64,000 nt of DNA from Syncephalis fuscata S228 (Eukaryota > Fungi > Zoopagomycota). The position numbers were made by a program, and so were the translations under genes. Positions within the stretch are counted from its first letter, which is position 1, and the number at the start of each line of letters is the position of its first letter. Positions 24,304 to 36,435 of this stretch are shown piece by piece. The DNA lies in the NCBI GenBank assembly GCA_025786725.1, contig JAHLTZ010000006.1, positions 773,043-837,042 on the forward strand, written 5' to 3'. The notes under the pieces were generated by a model. That model was not told where the DNA came from, ran no database searches, and saw nothing but the letters and a program-made list of their open reading frames with translations.

Positions 24304-25546
24304 ATGAATCTTGGATACAAGCTTTTCCTGGCTGCTACAATCACTGCTTCTATACTTGTTTTTAACATTGACGATACTGTTAAAGCAACAGCATCAGAGG
24401 GAAAAGGCTCAAGTGTAAAACCAAAATATGTTCCATTGCCGAATGGACCAATTGGTTACGATCCAGGTATAACGCTATACCAATGCCTATATTACAGTAC
24501 TAATCCTATGACGCTGAATAGAAACACAAACTTTTTACGGACAAAAGCTCAACGAGCCAGATGCACTAGGTCGTTTTCACCTAAAGCTCAAGTATCATTT
24601 GGCAAGCCAACATCCAAATGTTCATGCCGCAGAAGGATTGCTTGGCCAGCGCAAAGTTAAGATTTATTGTGGTAATACTAATGATTTTGTAGACCCGTCG
24701 ACACAAAATCAAGACAACTCTATTCTATTCTATAACGTATGTTTATATTTCATGTTTTTCATAATAGTTAACAGTGCAACTTTATTATAGAATTGTATAA
24801 AAACATCGTTTAATACGATTGAATACAAATGGGTCAGAGATATCGTTGGCTGTCCTTTAACGTATTTCCCAGTTCATCAAGGACATTTCTGCTATGCTGT
24901 TCCAAAAATATTGAATTCTTTTAAAATCAATCAAAAATTTGAGATGGACGATAGCCATACCATGTTAGACGTCAGTCTACATCAAATAATCAAAGATCTG
25001 GTTAAAGAACTCGTAATGGGTAGGTGTTATTTCACTATTACAAAAAAGTTTTGCTAAGCTAATTATGATTAGGTGTGGATTACTTGGCAAAAATTGGATT
25101 TTACAGTGACTTCAGAGACAATAGTAAGTTGGCTGTATATTTACTTTTACTTAAACGCTGACACGTCTATAAGATATCAAGGTTGCACGTTTCAAAGCTT
25201 TTGGTAGACGAAACTTTGTGCTCGCTGTTAGATTCGTCAATCCAGCGGCACTGAGGCTCATAAAGGCATATGACGACACCTATTTAATACCGGCCAAACA
25301 ATGCTTATTAAATTCTATACCAAAAATACTAGCAATATAAAGCCGACTCCATCCCCAATGGATATACAACGCATGGTCGACTCGGCCTTTGCTTCCATGT
25401 CCCAACCAGCTTTACGTACTTTTCTTGAAAGTCGTCTTGCTCCCTCACCTCCGCGAGGATCGTCTCCGCTAAAACGCCTAGCCTTTCCTGAAAATCAGAA
25501 GAAAAAATTAAACAATGAAAGCAATGCTGCTACAAAACAAAATTAA
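24304..25546 (+). CDS. Secreted protein with degenerate protein-kinase-like fold, paralog B (5 exons; one apparent 1-bp deletion)
   Basis: Signal-peptide-like MNLGYKLFLAATITASILVFNIDDTVKA. Introns 24467-24521, 24737-24790, 25020-25072 and 25124-25173. LVKELVMGVDYLAKIGFYSDFRDNNI resembles alphaE plus the catalytic loop. As written it stops at 25340; adding one A at ~25297 extends it to 25546. Confidence 0.72.
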
Positions 25547-26878
25547 ATATATTGCTACAGCAAAGCAAGTCTAGCTTGTTTAATGGGAAATCAAATTTAA
25601 AATTAAATTAGATAATAAAAAACATCAATAACAACTATTACAAATTATTGTATATTCTAATATATTCATTATGTCCATTATCTGCAATTATATAGAGCAC
25701 TGTCAATACTTAACGCATAAACTGGATGTGAAGTAAATATGTTTATTATTAGTATAAAAGGTCGCATTTATAAATAATAAATAAATAGCAGCGACTTTTT
25801 CATGCCTTTGTAAGCTGTGCATTATTAGCTGTAATATGTACGATCTGCCAAATACCAGTTTATTTAATAATATGTACGATAGTCCTAACGGCATAATGCA
25901 AACTAAATAACTAAATAGCGTTTTAGAATATTTGCTATAACTATCCTCTACTAAACCAATTGGCATATAATAGCAACTATGTTTGGTGTGAGTAGTACTT
26001 AATATGATACAAATAGGCCAAACTGTAACTATATTAATAACAACTAAAATTGGCATTATGTGCCGTAGTTGATATAAATAATGTACAATGATGACATTAG
26101 TGGCTAGTTCGAACCATAAATGGCGATGTATTTGCAAGGTATACCATATACCAACGGTCATGATGAGTTGTAAAGAAGCATTGTATTACTGCAATACAAG
26201 CGTTTCTGCGGCAATCCATGATAGTTACAAATACATCGTAGGTCATGATCGCACCTTGGATTTCGACCATTGGTCGTCGCGTAACTACAATTGATCTGAG
26301 TACATCTATTTTATACTGCCCTGTGCTAATTGTAATAATTACAAATACACACTAATACACTTTACGAATTAATCACTACAGAATATAGAATAAATATCTA
26401 CACAAGGATAGTATTTATCTAGTTTAACTAGACACTCTTTCTATTAAAAATACGCTTAAATAATAGGTAGTACTAATTATCAAATTATTAAATTAGCAAC
26501 ACGTCCTAAGTATTAGCATATTATACATATTCATTTATCCTTTATCTCTTATTGTATAATTTATGTTATAATAACGCACCTATTTATAGACTATTGATTA
26601 GTAATAACACCAATCCTTTTTTAATTGTAGATAATTTATATTTCAATTTATTAATAAAAGCTGATACGGCAACATAGATTTATGCATATTGTCCATTGGA
26701 CTAAAATTCAGTAATGCCATTAATAATGATTAATAAAAGAGTAAGCTAAGATAAACAAATGCGATTCATCTTTTTTGTCCTATCATTGACTCGCATCGAT
26801 AGACACTAACCGATCACTAATAGGCACACGTATAAATGAGGATAAAACAAGAAAATAGAAATAAAGTAACGGTGCAAA

Positions 26879-29800
26879 TTAATCGGCAATCGCACACTCC
26901 ATAAGTACGACTTCAAGGTCCTTCCAGCCACCACCGACCCGTACGCTTACGTTATCACGTAACCGACTGGCAGGTGCACCAGCACCATAGCCATTCTTCG
27001 GTGGTGCTGATTGAGTGTCCATTTTGCAGAACCATACTTTGCCACCAAACGAATACCGACCCGCACTTACTCGGCGTATAGGCACGCCAATAGGTGCGTT
27101 ATTAGCAATAGCAGCTACACGAACATCCAACGGATCTTTACGATTAGGAATGTAGTTGACACGTAGTTTTGGCGATGTTGCAGCAGCGGCAATTACCACC
27201 GCCTGTTCATCCAAATAGTTAGCATCGCTACTATGGTTCGAATGATGATCTGAATAGGAACGAGCTGATTTCGGTGATGATGCTTCATCATCGTTATCAT
27301 CGCTACAACCTGTCGCGTTTGTATCGATAGTTGGTGGCGGCAATGGCGTGCCTGCACGACCAGCAGCTATAGCATCTTTACCAGGTGCGTAGTAACGTGC
27401 AGTGGCCGAGAATAATGAAGGGGCCGGTCGACTAATGGACCCTTCATTAATATCAGTCTGTTCAAGCGATTCGCGTCGGCCCATTGATGAAGCGGGGCGA
27501 ATAGCACCAGCTGCATTACGTACATTTGCTGGTATAGGTGTCGATCGGCCATAGCCACCTAGCGATGAAGCCGGTCGTGGTGCCGATAAATTAGCCGTCA
27601 ATCGAGCTGGCATTGGACTGGCTACTGTAGTATGACGACCAGCCGATATACGTGGCACAGGTAATGGTGGCGATCGTGGACCTGATGCAGAACGCACTGC
27701 CATAGAGGTAGATGCTCGAGTGATAGCTGCACCATGGCTGCTGCGACGTGCATGTACCGGAGCTGGTGATAGACTATTCGATGTGCTTGAATAACGATCC
27801 ATTGATGAAGCTGGCCGTGTATCGCGTGAAGCAGCTGTTGTGCTCAGAAATCGCCCTGGTGCTGTACGGCTATGGGGTAATGGTGAAATAGCACGTGTTG
27901 ACGCTCTCTGCTGTGGCGGCTGCTGTTTATTACTTGGTGTCGAACGTAATTGATAAGCTGACGATTGATGGCGTAATACACGAGCACTTGTATTACTAGG
28001 TGGGGCTGGCGATGCAGTTCGTGTAATACGTTGACGTGTATTAACATCCGCACTTGGCGTTTTAGGACGGCGTGTGTTAACATCAGCACCTGGCGTTTTA
28101 GAACGACGTGTAGTAGATACATCAGGTGTGTAGGATCGTTGTCTGGCTGATGTAGCTGCTCTTGCTGTGGGTGCTGCAGATGCACGACCCGACGTTGGTA
28201 CAGGAATAGACAGTAGATTTGGATTAGGCGTCGAGCGTACGGTATGACTGGTGGCCGGTCGATTAGCCATCATAAATCCTGGCTGTTTCAAACGAGAGGG
28301 CGTCTTTGGCCGTGCTGCCCGTGAAGTGCTTCGTTCTTCTTGGCTGCTATCGGAATGGCGTGATGGCGATGTACCACGCGACAATGAAGCCAGAATCGAT
28401 AACTCTGGATATAGATGTGTTTCATCTTCTTCACTATCTGACATGGCTTGTTTTGCCTTGCCATCTGCCTCCAATTTATCAAGTTCCTGTTGAAGCATAT
28501 CCACATCCCACATCACTTCCTGTACCTGCTCCCATGACTGTTGCATGTCAGTATAACGTCGCATCACTTCACGATCGCCTGATTCATTTGCTTCATCTTC
28601 AGACTCATCAGGTGTTGCTAAATGTTGCGATGTTGGACGCGATGTACTACCTTCCTTTGTTGCCATAATACTTGATGATAATAAATGAAGTAGCTTCTCA
28701 ACAGCTGGCGTGTAATGCTTACGTTTAGCTTGGAATTCAGATAGTGATTGCTTTGCTTCAGCCGTCATACCAGCCGCAGCATTGGTATATCCCTTCTTGA
28801 AATGCTCTTCACAATCACGAAGTGATGTATGGCAGCGTGTTGCTACATTACGTAGTGTAGAAAGTAACTCATCTAATTGGCCGGCAATGGCCGTAAATGT
28901 ATCATGACGTCGATTGGCAGCCGCACGTGCACCTTTGAGTGTATTACGTATTGTTCGGACACGCGCTTCCAGTCTTTCGTGTATACGCGCATTAGCTGGT
29001 GGCATTTCTCTTACCCGTCTTTCAAGGGCAACTAAACGCATTTCAAGTGCATCCAACGTACCAGCGTTGGTATTACTTGCCCCTAAGGATCGTGTTACAT
29101 CGACATCGAGTGCATGAAAGATATTCTCCGTTTCTTGGTCACGTTCTTGAATTTCAACGGCCAGCTTACGTGCTGTAGATACTCGTTCACGCAAATCACG
29201 CCAACTACGCTCAAGTAGATCACAGTCCGTCTCTATTTGATCAGCGGTAACCCCGGCCATCGTCTCCAGCTGTAATCGACGTTTAATATCTTTTCCAAGA
29301 CTGGTAAGACTTTCCATCTGCAAGGTAAAGCGATTAACAGACACGACCAATGCTGCCGTGCCATCCAGATCTTCTTGTGAGCCAAGTCCACCTGCTTCTA
29401 ATGAGGCAAGTGCTACGGTAGTTGCGCCTAGCCATAGATTAACTTCTTCTTGGCCAGTTCGGAACTTGTCCATAAGATCGTTTAGCGATACTTCGGTGCG
29501 TGTAGGCATTTCGCTAATAGAATCGAATTTAGCTCGTAATTCATTCAGTGTTCTGGCCGACACCATAACCTGGCTTTCAGTACGCTTATGTTGTCGATGC
29601 CGCCCATGGCTGCTTGTAGTAGAAGAAGGCTGTGACGAAGCATGTTCATTAGAGAAAGTTGAATTAATCAAAGTATTTAGCGTTCCGGTCGATATGGCAT
29701 CCTCCAAAGCTAATTTACTACTGCTAACGACCGAATGAATAGAAGCCGACTCTGAGGTAGCCATGGTGGTGGTGGTGTTGACCGTGTCACTGTTACTCGC

Positions 29801-29893
29801 TTGACTCGACACTTCCGAGTCGTTACCAGTCAGAAATGACGACGAGGCCCTTAATAGATTGACCAATGGCGGTGATGGCTCTGCAAGTGCCAT
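26879..29893 (-). CDS. Kar9-like helical protein with Ser/Arg/Pro-rich linker and C-terminal GAS2/GAR microtubule-binding domain (~1004 aa, intronless)
   Basis: C-terminal DPLDVRV...GRYSFGGK...VRVGGGWKDL is the GAS2 signature. KRKHYTPAVEKLL...EVMRRYTDMQQSW resembles fungal KAR9-domain proteins. First ATG at 29893. Confidence 0.8.
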   Translation of the reverse strand: MALAEPSPPLVNLLRASSSFLTGNDSEVSSQASNSDTVNTTTTMATSESASIHSVVSSSKLALEDAISTGTLNTLINSTFSNEHASSQPSSTTSSHGRHRQHKRTESQVMVSARTLNELRAKFDSISEMPTRTEVSLNDLMDKFRTGQEEVNLWLGATTVALASLEAGGLGSQEDLDGTAALVVSVNRFTLQMESLTSLGKDIKRRLQLETMAGVTADQIETDCDLLERSWRDLRERVSTARKLAVEIQERDQETENIFHALDVDVTRSLGASNTNAGTLDALEMRLVALERRVREMPPANARIHERLEARVRTIRNTLKGARAAANRRHDTFTAIAGQLDELLSTLRNVATRCHTSLRDCEEHFKKGYTNAAAGMTAEAKQSLSEFQAKRKHYTPAVEKLLHLLSSSIMATKEGSTSRPTSQHLATPDESEDEANESGDREVMRRYTDMQQSWEQVQEVMWDVDMLQQELDKLEADGKAKQAMSDSEEDETHLYPELSILASLSRGTSPSRHSDSSQEERSTSRAARPKTPSRLKQPGFMMANRPATSHTVRSTPNPNLLSIPVPTSGRASAAPTARAATSARQRSYTPDVSTTRRSKTPGADVNTRRPKTPSADVNTRQRITRTASPAPPSNTSARVLRHQSSAYQLRSTPSNKQQPPQQRASTRAISPLPHSRTAPGRFLSTTAASRDTRPASSMDRYSSTSNSLSPAPVHARRSSHGAAITRASTSMAVRSASGPRSPPLPVPRISAGRHTTVASPMPARLTANLSAPRPASSLGGYGRSTPIPANVRNAAGAIRPASSMGRRESLEQTDINEGSISRPAPSLFSATARYYAPGKDAIAAGRAGTPLPPPTIDTNATGCSDDNDDEASSPKSARSYSDHHSNHSSDANYLDEQAVVIAAAATSPKLRVNYIPNRKDPLDVRVAAIANNAPIGVPIRRVSAGRYSFGGKVWFCKMDTQSAPPKNGYGAGAPASRLRDNVSVRVGGGWKDLEVVLMECAIAD

Positions 29894-30974
29894 AGATACT
29901 AGAAAAGAGTTTTGATAAAGGTGGTTCTGTAAGAATGCAAACAAAAAGCACGAAATTCTCGTTAGAGTGAGTTGAGTTGGTTAGAGACGGCGCATATGAC
30001 CACGCTAATATTGAAGTTATCAAGGTTAATTTTCAACAAAAGTCCGCAGACATCAAAGAAATAGAATTTAACAGGCCAAAATGGTCGTTCAGTATGCAAT
30101 GAGTAAAAAGGAATAAAAGAAAGAAGGGATATAAGAGTAGAAGAAAGAAGAGGGAAAGATAGAGTGCTTCAAGTACGCTACAACTAACAACCAACTAAAC
30201 AACAAAAGCCAGAGATGAAGGCAGTAGTGTATAAGCGACTGTACGTAAGGAGTTACCAATAATAAATAATAGAGGAACAATGGTAATAGTGACCTATGAT
30301 CATTATTACACCGCTCCACTATAATTGATATTACTATTAATACTGACACCAATAGGCCTGCTACTGTGGTGTAGCAATATGACTATGCAGCTGTTGATCT
30401 CTTACACCTGCTACTACGTTGCTACAGCTATTGTTGTGGCTAGTATCAGTCAAGGAAAAGGGGAGGAGAGCAAGGCGGAGTTCAGTGCAGTGTATTCGAG
30501 AAACAAACGGCCCCTTAAACACGCTCCGTTTGAAATAGTAAAGCAATATTTCTGTTAATAGTGACTTACATTAATAATAATAGTAATATGTAGTATAATA
30601 ATAGTAATGTAGTGCTGCTGTATAATGTTTATGGCACGGGATGATAAAAACAAGAAATGAATGTAGACGCGAATAGAACAAAAAGTAAGAGTGGGTGGAT
30701 GTTAGAACACATGTGCAACAGTGTATTTATTCTTGGAGTCATTTAGTTTGTTACTAGATAAGCTTTTGGCTCTGTATTTCCTCCCTTCCTTCCATATACA
30801 TTGACATGTATTTGTATGTATATTACTGTTTATGTGGGTGGGTGTGTAGATCACTAAGTAGTGTGTGTGTGCAGCCTATCATAATGGTCAACGTGGTAAC
30901 AGTTACATTCAAAGTTAAACTGTGAATTTAAATATGAACACGTGGTTTACAACTTTTGCATTTTTATTTTCATA

Positions 30975-32309
30975 ATGAATAAACAGCAACAGCGTCAATC
31001 GCTTGCTTTACGACAAAAACAGCAGCTAAAAGCTGTAAGTAAATAGATATATAGTGTATTTAATGAATAGAATCCTTTCTAATTCATTGTAACTAGGCAT
31101 TGGCTAAAACGGCAGCTAGAGATGCAGCACGTAAAGCAGGTGTCGCTATAACTACCGAATCAGCTCGGTCAACAAAGAAAGCGGTCGTTGAAGCGGTAGA
31201 AAGTAAACCAGCAGTGGCCAGTGCTACCGATACTAAAAAGCGAAAGCACAATGAAGTAAATTGCTGTATATTTATATACTGTATTAATTAATAGATGTGT
31301 TAGAAAGCGGAAAATACTAATAAAAATAAACGATCAAATAATCCAGCCATTCTACAGCTAAAAAAGAAGAGCCACATCAATAAGGATAAGAGGGATGATG
31401 GTGATGATGCACAATTAACGCCACTTCAACAAAAGATGAAAAAGAAGTTGCAAGGGGCACGTTTTCGTTGGCTTAATGAACAATTGTATACATCGCCTGG
31501 TGATACTGCATTTAAACTGTTTTCTGACCAGCCAGAATTATTTGATCAGGTAAGAAAATATTGATATATATATAAACACTTATACAATGCTGTCTGTTAA
31601 AGTATCACGAAGGATTTCGGCTACAAGTAACGGAATGGCCAGAGAATCCGTTAGAACGCTATATAGCCGATTTACAATCGCGTACTGAAAAGTTGACAGT
31701 AGCTGATATGGGCTGTGGGGAAGCGATGTTAGCACTGCGTGTCGGCGATGCACATAAGATTCATTCGTTTGATCTAGTAGCCGGCAATGAGCGTATTACA
31801 GCGTGTGATATTGCAAATGTACCATTAGCTGACAACTCCGTTGATGTTGTAATATTCTGTCTATCGTTAATGGGTACCAATTTTATTGATTTTATAACCG
31901 AAGCTATACGTATTCTACGTTCAGGGTAAGAAAAGTGTCGATGATAGATAGTTGTATTAATCATTACTACAGCGGACAGCTTAAGGTGGCCGAAGTAATT
32001 AGCCGGTTTACAAATGTTGATCAGTTCGTAGCAATATTAGCTTCTATGGGATTGAAATTGGAGCGTAAAGTACGAGTATAGATCAAACAAATATATTAAT
32101 AATGGACAAATACTAATGCAGAATGTGTATAGGATTCAAAGAATAAGATGTTTATATTTTTTGACTTTGTGAAAGAGACTAGCGATATCGCAAATACGGC
32201 AATTGGAAAATCTATCAAGCATACATCAAAGCAAAAGAGACCAAAAGAAAAGAATGGCATTGGTAGCGACAAGGCTATACTTAAACCGTGTATTTATAAG
32301 CGACGATAA
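30975..32309 (+). CDS. RRP8: 25S rRNA adenine-N1 methyltransferase Rrp8 (nucleomethylin)
   Basis: KLQGARFRWLNEQLYT, YHEGFRLQVTEWPENP, VADMGCGEA, FCLSLMGTN and terminal LKPCIYKRR; 5 introns. Confidence 0.96.
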
Positions 32310-33835
32310 ACAATATTAATATTATCGATTAATAATAAAAGAGATCATCGCATAGATATTGAATAACATTGATATATTGACAAAAAGTAGGATTTGTATA
32401 TTATTATAAAGCAAATAGTCTATTAATGTATAGTCGATATTTACTTAATTAGTAACCATATAGTTGGTGGCAGTATCTAGACCTCACAGTGTTATAAGCG
32501 AGATTGATGATAATAACTTGCATGCAAATTTATAGATATTTATAAATTAACTAAGTGTCGCTATTACCCAGTTAATCAATGGATTAGTATAGATACAGTC
32601 ATGGTATAGCTACTAATTATTCAAAAGTATGTTTGATGTAATAGTTTCTATCCTTGTATTTAAAACTATAGCAGCAATACTTACTTGTGGTCTAGCATTT
32701 GCATATGTCATAAAATGCTATTAATCGCATGTATATTATTGTCACATTATGCAATACTTCAAGCTATCTATGATTTCATTACGTCAATTTTAGTCATATC
32801 TGGAATATGGCAAGTCATTCTTTGCCATGAACACTGGCTAGCATAGAAACTTTTGTGTATCTCCTTTGCTCTTGGGTCGAGTACCCATTAAGTTAATCGT
32901 TGCAAATCTGTACATAATTCAACGCATTAAACCAATAAGCCCAGCATGGCTATGCAAATGTGACATACAAGGCTGCACGTAACCGGAAATCTGTATACCG
33001 CTAACATGACTATACATGTGACATCAACAAATATTTGTCTCTCAACGAATATAAACCAGTTTCTATCCTTGTATTGAATCGCCATAAAGTGAATTTTTAT
33101 CCATTCCGGCAATTAATTGCTAAAGTGAACAAGGATAAAAGTGAAGTAGCCGTAGTGCTGCATTATGCATGTACAGTTTATGAGTTGTAATTGGTATTGC
33201 TATTAGGCGATTATGTGCTAGACCAGTTTGGCCTTGATTTCAAAAACAATGATGGCAATGATGTTTTTGAGCACAGTATTTTTATTACTGATAGTGTTAT
33301 TATTTGTTTAGTTAATGATAAAAAATTATGAATAAAACAAATCAGTATAATAATATAATAATATACAAATTAATTAAATGTGATTACAGTATTGGTAAAA
33401 TGAAATATAATAAAATTAGTGAAATCTATTAATTGGCCGTAACTAGTTATAAATCCGAAATATGCAATATGGGGCGAATTAATGGCAAAAACATTTACGC
33501 GAGTAATGTTACTGCCTTACCCTGACGATCAACTTGTATTGTAGTAGCAACCATAGTCGAGCATTGTGAATTTAAACGAAAACCTGTTCCAAATGTATTG
33601 AATGCACTGCTGCTAGTGTACATTCCCTCGATAAAACATCGCTATTTGGCTAGGGTCTATGAAGTAAATACTTACCAAATTATATATAAATAGCCCAATA
33701 TTTGTATGGATAATTGGATATTATTATACCAAATACCATTCTGCCTTCTACTGTTTACTTTCTCTTAATTTTCTTATATTTCTATAATTAGGCCATTTAT
33801 ACTTAGTATATTGTTTTTAGTAATTCAAGATTATC

Positions 33836-34030
33836 ATGAAGGCTAACATTATTGCTATCTGCGCTGTTGCTATCTTCCTTGTAAGCAGCATAGCTATCGT
33901 CGATGCTAAGCCGGTAGAAGGCTCGGAAGAGAGAATACGTGAATTCTGCGCAATGTTTGATGGACACACCGTAAATGATGTTGAGATTGCCAACGAATGG
34001 ATGAACAAATGCCCAAAGCGTGGATTTTAA
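33836..34030 (+). CDS. Small secreted protein (64 aa, two Cys in the mature part)
   Basis: Signal peptide MKANIIAICAVAIFLVSSIAIVDA, then a 40-aa mature peptide. TATATATAAA at ~33681; GC-richer than the flanks. Confidence 0.7.
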   Translation: MKANIIAICAVAIFLVSSIAIVDAKPVEGSEERIREFCAMFDGHTVNDVEIANEWMNKCPKRGF

Positions 34031-34434
34031 TAATCACCAAAAAGAAAACCAGCCTATATCATGAAATCCAAGCAATGATTATAAATTTTAAAACGGATTA
34101 ATTACATGACTATTGAGGTGGCCATAAAAGACTGTCTATGCACACACTCTTCTTATCCAGCTATCCAGTTTATTCAACGCTACTTCTTATAATATTAATC
34201 CATAGCGAAATAATTTTAGCTAGTTTAGCTCATTGTATTGGTTGACTTTTATAAATAAATTAATATATAATTTCACATTGCCTTTATGTCTGTAGTAAAT
34301 TAAAAGTGTTATATATTATTTATGATAGCACATCTCTACAACTATATTTAATTAACTTTTATTTTATTGTTTTGCTTAATAGTGTACAAACATAGCAGTC
34401 ATTTATTGACTCTTTTAACAGTTTACATTTGACA

Positions 34435-35818
34435 TTAGAATCTTTTTACAAGCGACAGCATCACTGTAATATCATCAGGTTTTCTAACAGAAATTAACGC
34501 ACGCACTTAATAGTAAATAATCGACTTACCCGCCCATCGGATAGCCTGCATCAAAATCACGCGCTGCCTGTGCCCAAGGGGACAAACGGCGTGGATCCTG
34601 TGAAAAATTCCACGAAGTCTGTACTAGTCTCCAGGCCACGCGACACAGTGCATCCTCCAGCTCAGAATCCCATCGGCGTGATTCGGTCAGTATTAGTGGC
34701 TCGGTTTCTATTACCTGTATTACTTCATTCTCGTATATATTGTCCATAAAGCCGTCAGAAGCCAATATAACCAAATCTCCATCCTGTAGCTGATGACTAT
34801 CAGGAGCAGCATCTTTAGGTAGAATTGGGCCATTTTTAATCGCTAGTTCAGCCACATCTGCTTCATTTGGCTCGTCAGTAGATGGTGCCGCAATATTGTT
34901 TGCATTATTAAAAATCGTTTGCCTAATCGACAATTGATATGGATAGTTGAATCGATGCTGTTGCACATCTGAACGATGGTGCAGCCTACTGTCACGAAAC
35001 AAAGCATATCCACTATCGCCCAGTGTGGCCGAGTCCAATACACCAGTCTCTTGACATAAAGTCAGTAGACATGCCGTACTACTGCCTATTACACAGCCAT
35101 CAATATTTCTAATTATCATAGCCGATTGTTCTACCAACCTGTAATGAGTGGTGAACGAGCTAGCATTTTATCATATGCACCTTGAAGTATTTCACGTGCA
35201 TCTACAACAGGTTCTTGGGCGCCGTATGCTGTTGGTTGATTTGCCGTATAACGTTGTCGTTGAAGCTCATGAAAACGGTCCGATGCCATTTCCATCATAA
35301 GCCACGAAAATTCAGCTGGATTCCCACCAAACTAACAAATTACTTGATTAATAAGCATCTATATCAATACATTAATTGTTGGTTACCTTGGCCGATTCCG
35401 ATACACCATCGGCAATACCTAGCATATTGTCATGAACAAAATTCCGTTAGTATACCTACTAACTAACACTGGCTACTACCCAATAGACTGTCGCGGTTTA
35501 CTTACCCATTGCAACAGAGCCATGGTCGGTGGCACAGAAGAATGCGTCTCCACCTGCGTCTACACGACGACGGGCACGCGTTAAGCTTTGCAATGATGGC
35601 AATGTATAGCCAGTTACCGGCGGCTGTTCAGTAAACGTAGCATTACTACTGACTACTTTTATTTGCGCGGTACTAGGAGCGTGTGGCGATGAGTCGGTCT
35701 GTATTTTTACAGCCATTGTAGGCTTTAATAGCGATGCATGTTTGGCTGCCAACGTATACCAGCTGGACTTACCGCGCCAGGCTGCTGCTAACATGTAATG
35801 ATAAGGCTTTGGACGCAT
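34435..35818 (-). CDS. PTC7: PP2C-family phosphatase PTC7-like
   Basis: DAGGDAFF, IADGV, NPAEFS, GSSTAC, LGDSGY, QQHRFNYPYQL, GDLVILASDGFMDN, GG|KPDDITV. The true start may be slightly upstream. Confidence 0.88.
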
Positions 35819-36246
35819 ACGATATACAGTACTATGTCCAATGACCGGTTGGCTAGTTAGTAAGAAAGAGGAAAGCGAGAGGATAGGAGTGAAACAAATA
35901 AGAAAAGGCGTGTTGCTGTATGGTTTCTAACAAAATGTATCTGCATTAAAAGTATGGTTTTTATTCTGTCCCTACTTTTTGAAAATAAAAGATATGGTAG
36001 CAATAAATTTGAATGTAAAATAAATTGTAGATTTTTTAAAAGGCCAAATAGTGTGTGCGCACAATTGTAATAAATTCAGGCTTGTATAAAGAAATAAATA
36101 ACATACGTTTTAACAAGTTGGTAGGTTGCCATTTTGCTTTTGAATGTGTTGGTGTCACATTTTTACGTGTATTGACTTGAAAGCATTATACAACGGTAGT
36201 TTTTAGATAGTAGTTCATTCAGAATACTCTTTTTGATAATGTTGTT

Positions 36247-36435
36247 ACTGTTTTACTGATGACATGTTCTATAATTATATTGCTTTTGTGCTATTAATTT
36301 TTATTCTTTGTCTATTCCACCGCTTGAACAATTATTTCATTCGTATTTCAATTTGTTTATAGTCTTTTTATATATAATGCCATTCAATTTATGATATGTA
36401 TGTCATCCCATTTATTAATTAAATAAAGTAGTTCT
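36247..36435. repeat. Diverged ~200 bp dispersed repeat, copy 2 (partner 21311-21520)
   Basis: Same orientation and same block order as copy 1. Confidence 0.7.

Noticed and set aside
25703-26294. 152-aa and 68-aa overlapping ORFs
   Set aside because: AT-rich composition, no motifs and no splice support.
27367-29738. Antisense or alternate-frame ORFs within long genes (also in MscS, SulP, NUG1, ARG8)
   Set aside because: Shadow ORFs of GC-richer coding sequence.
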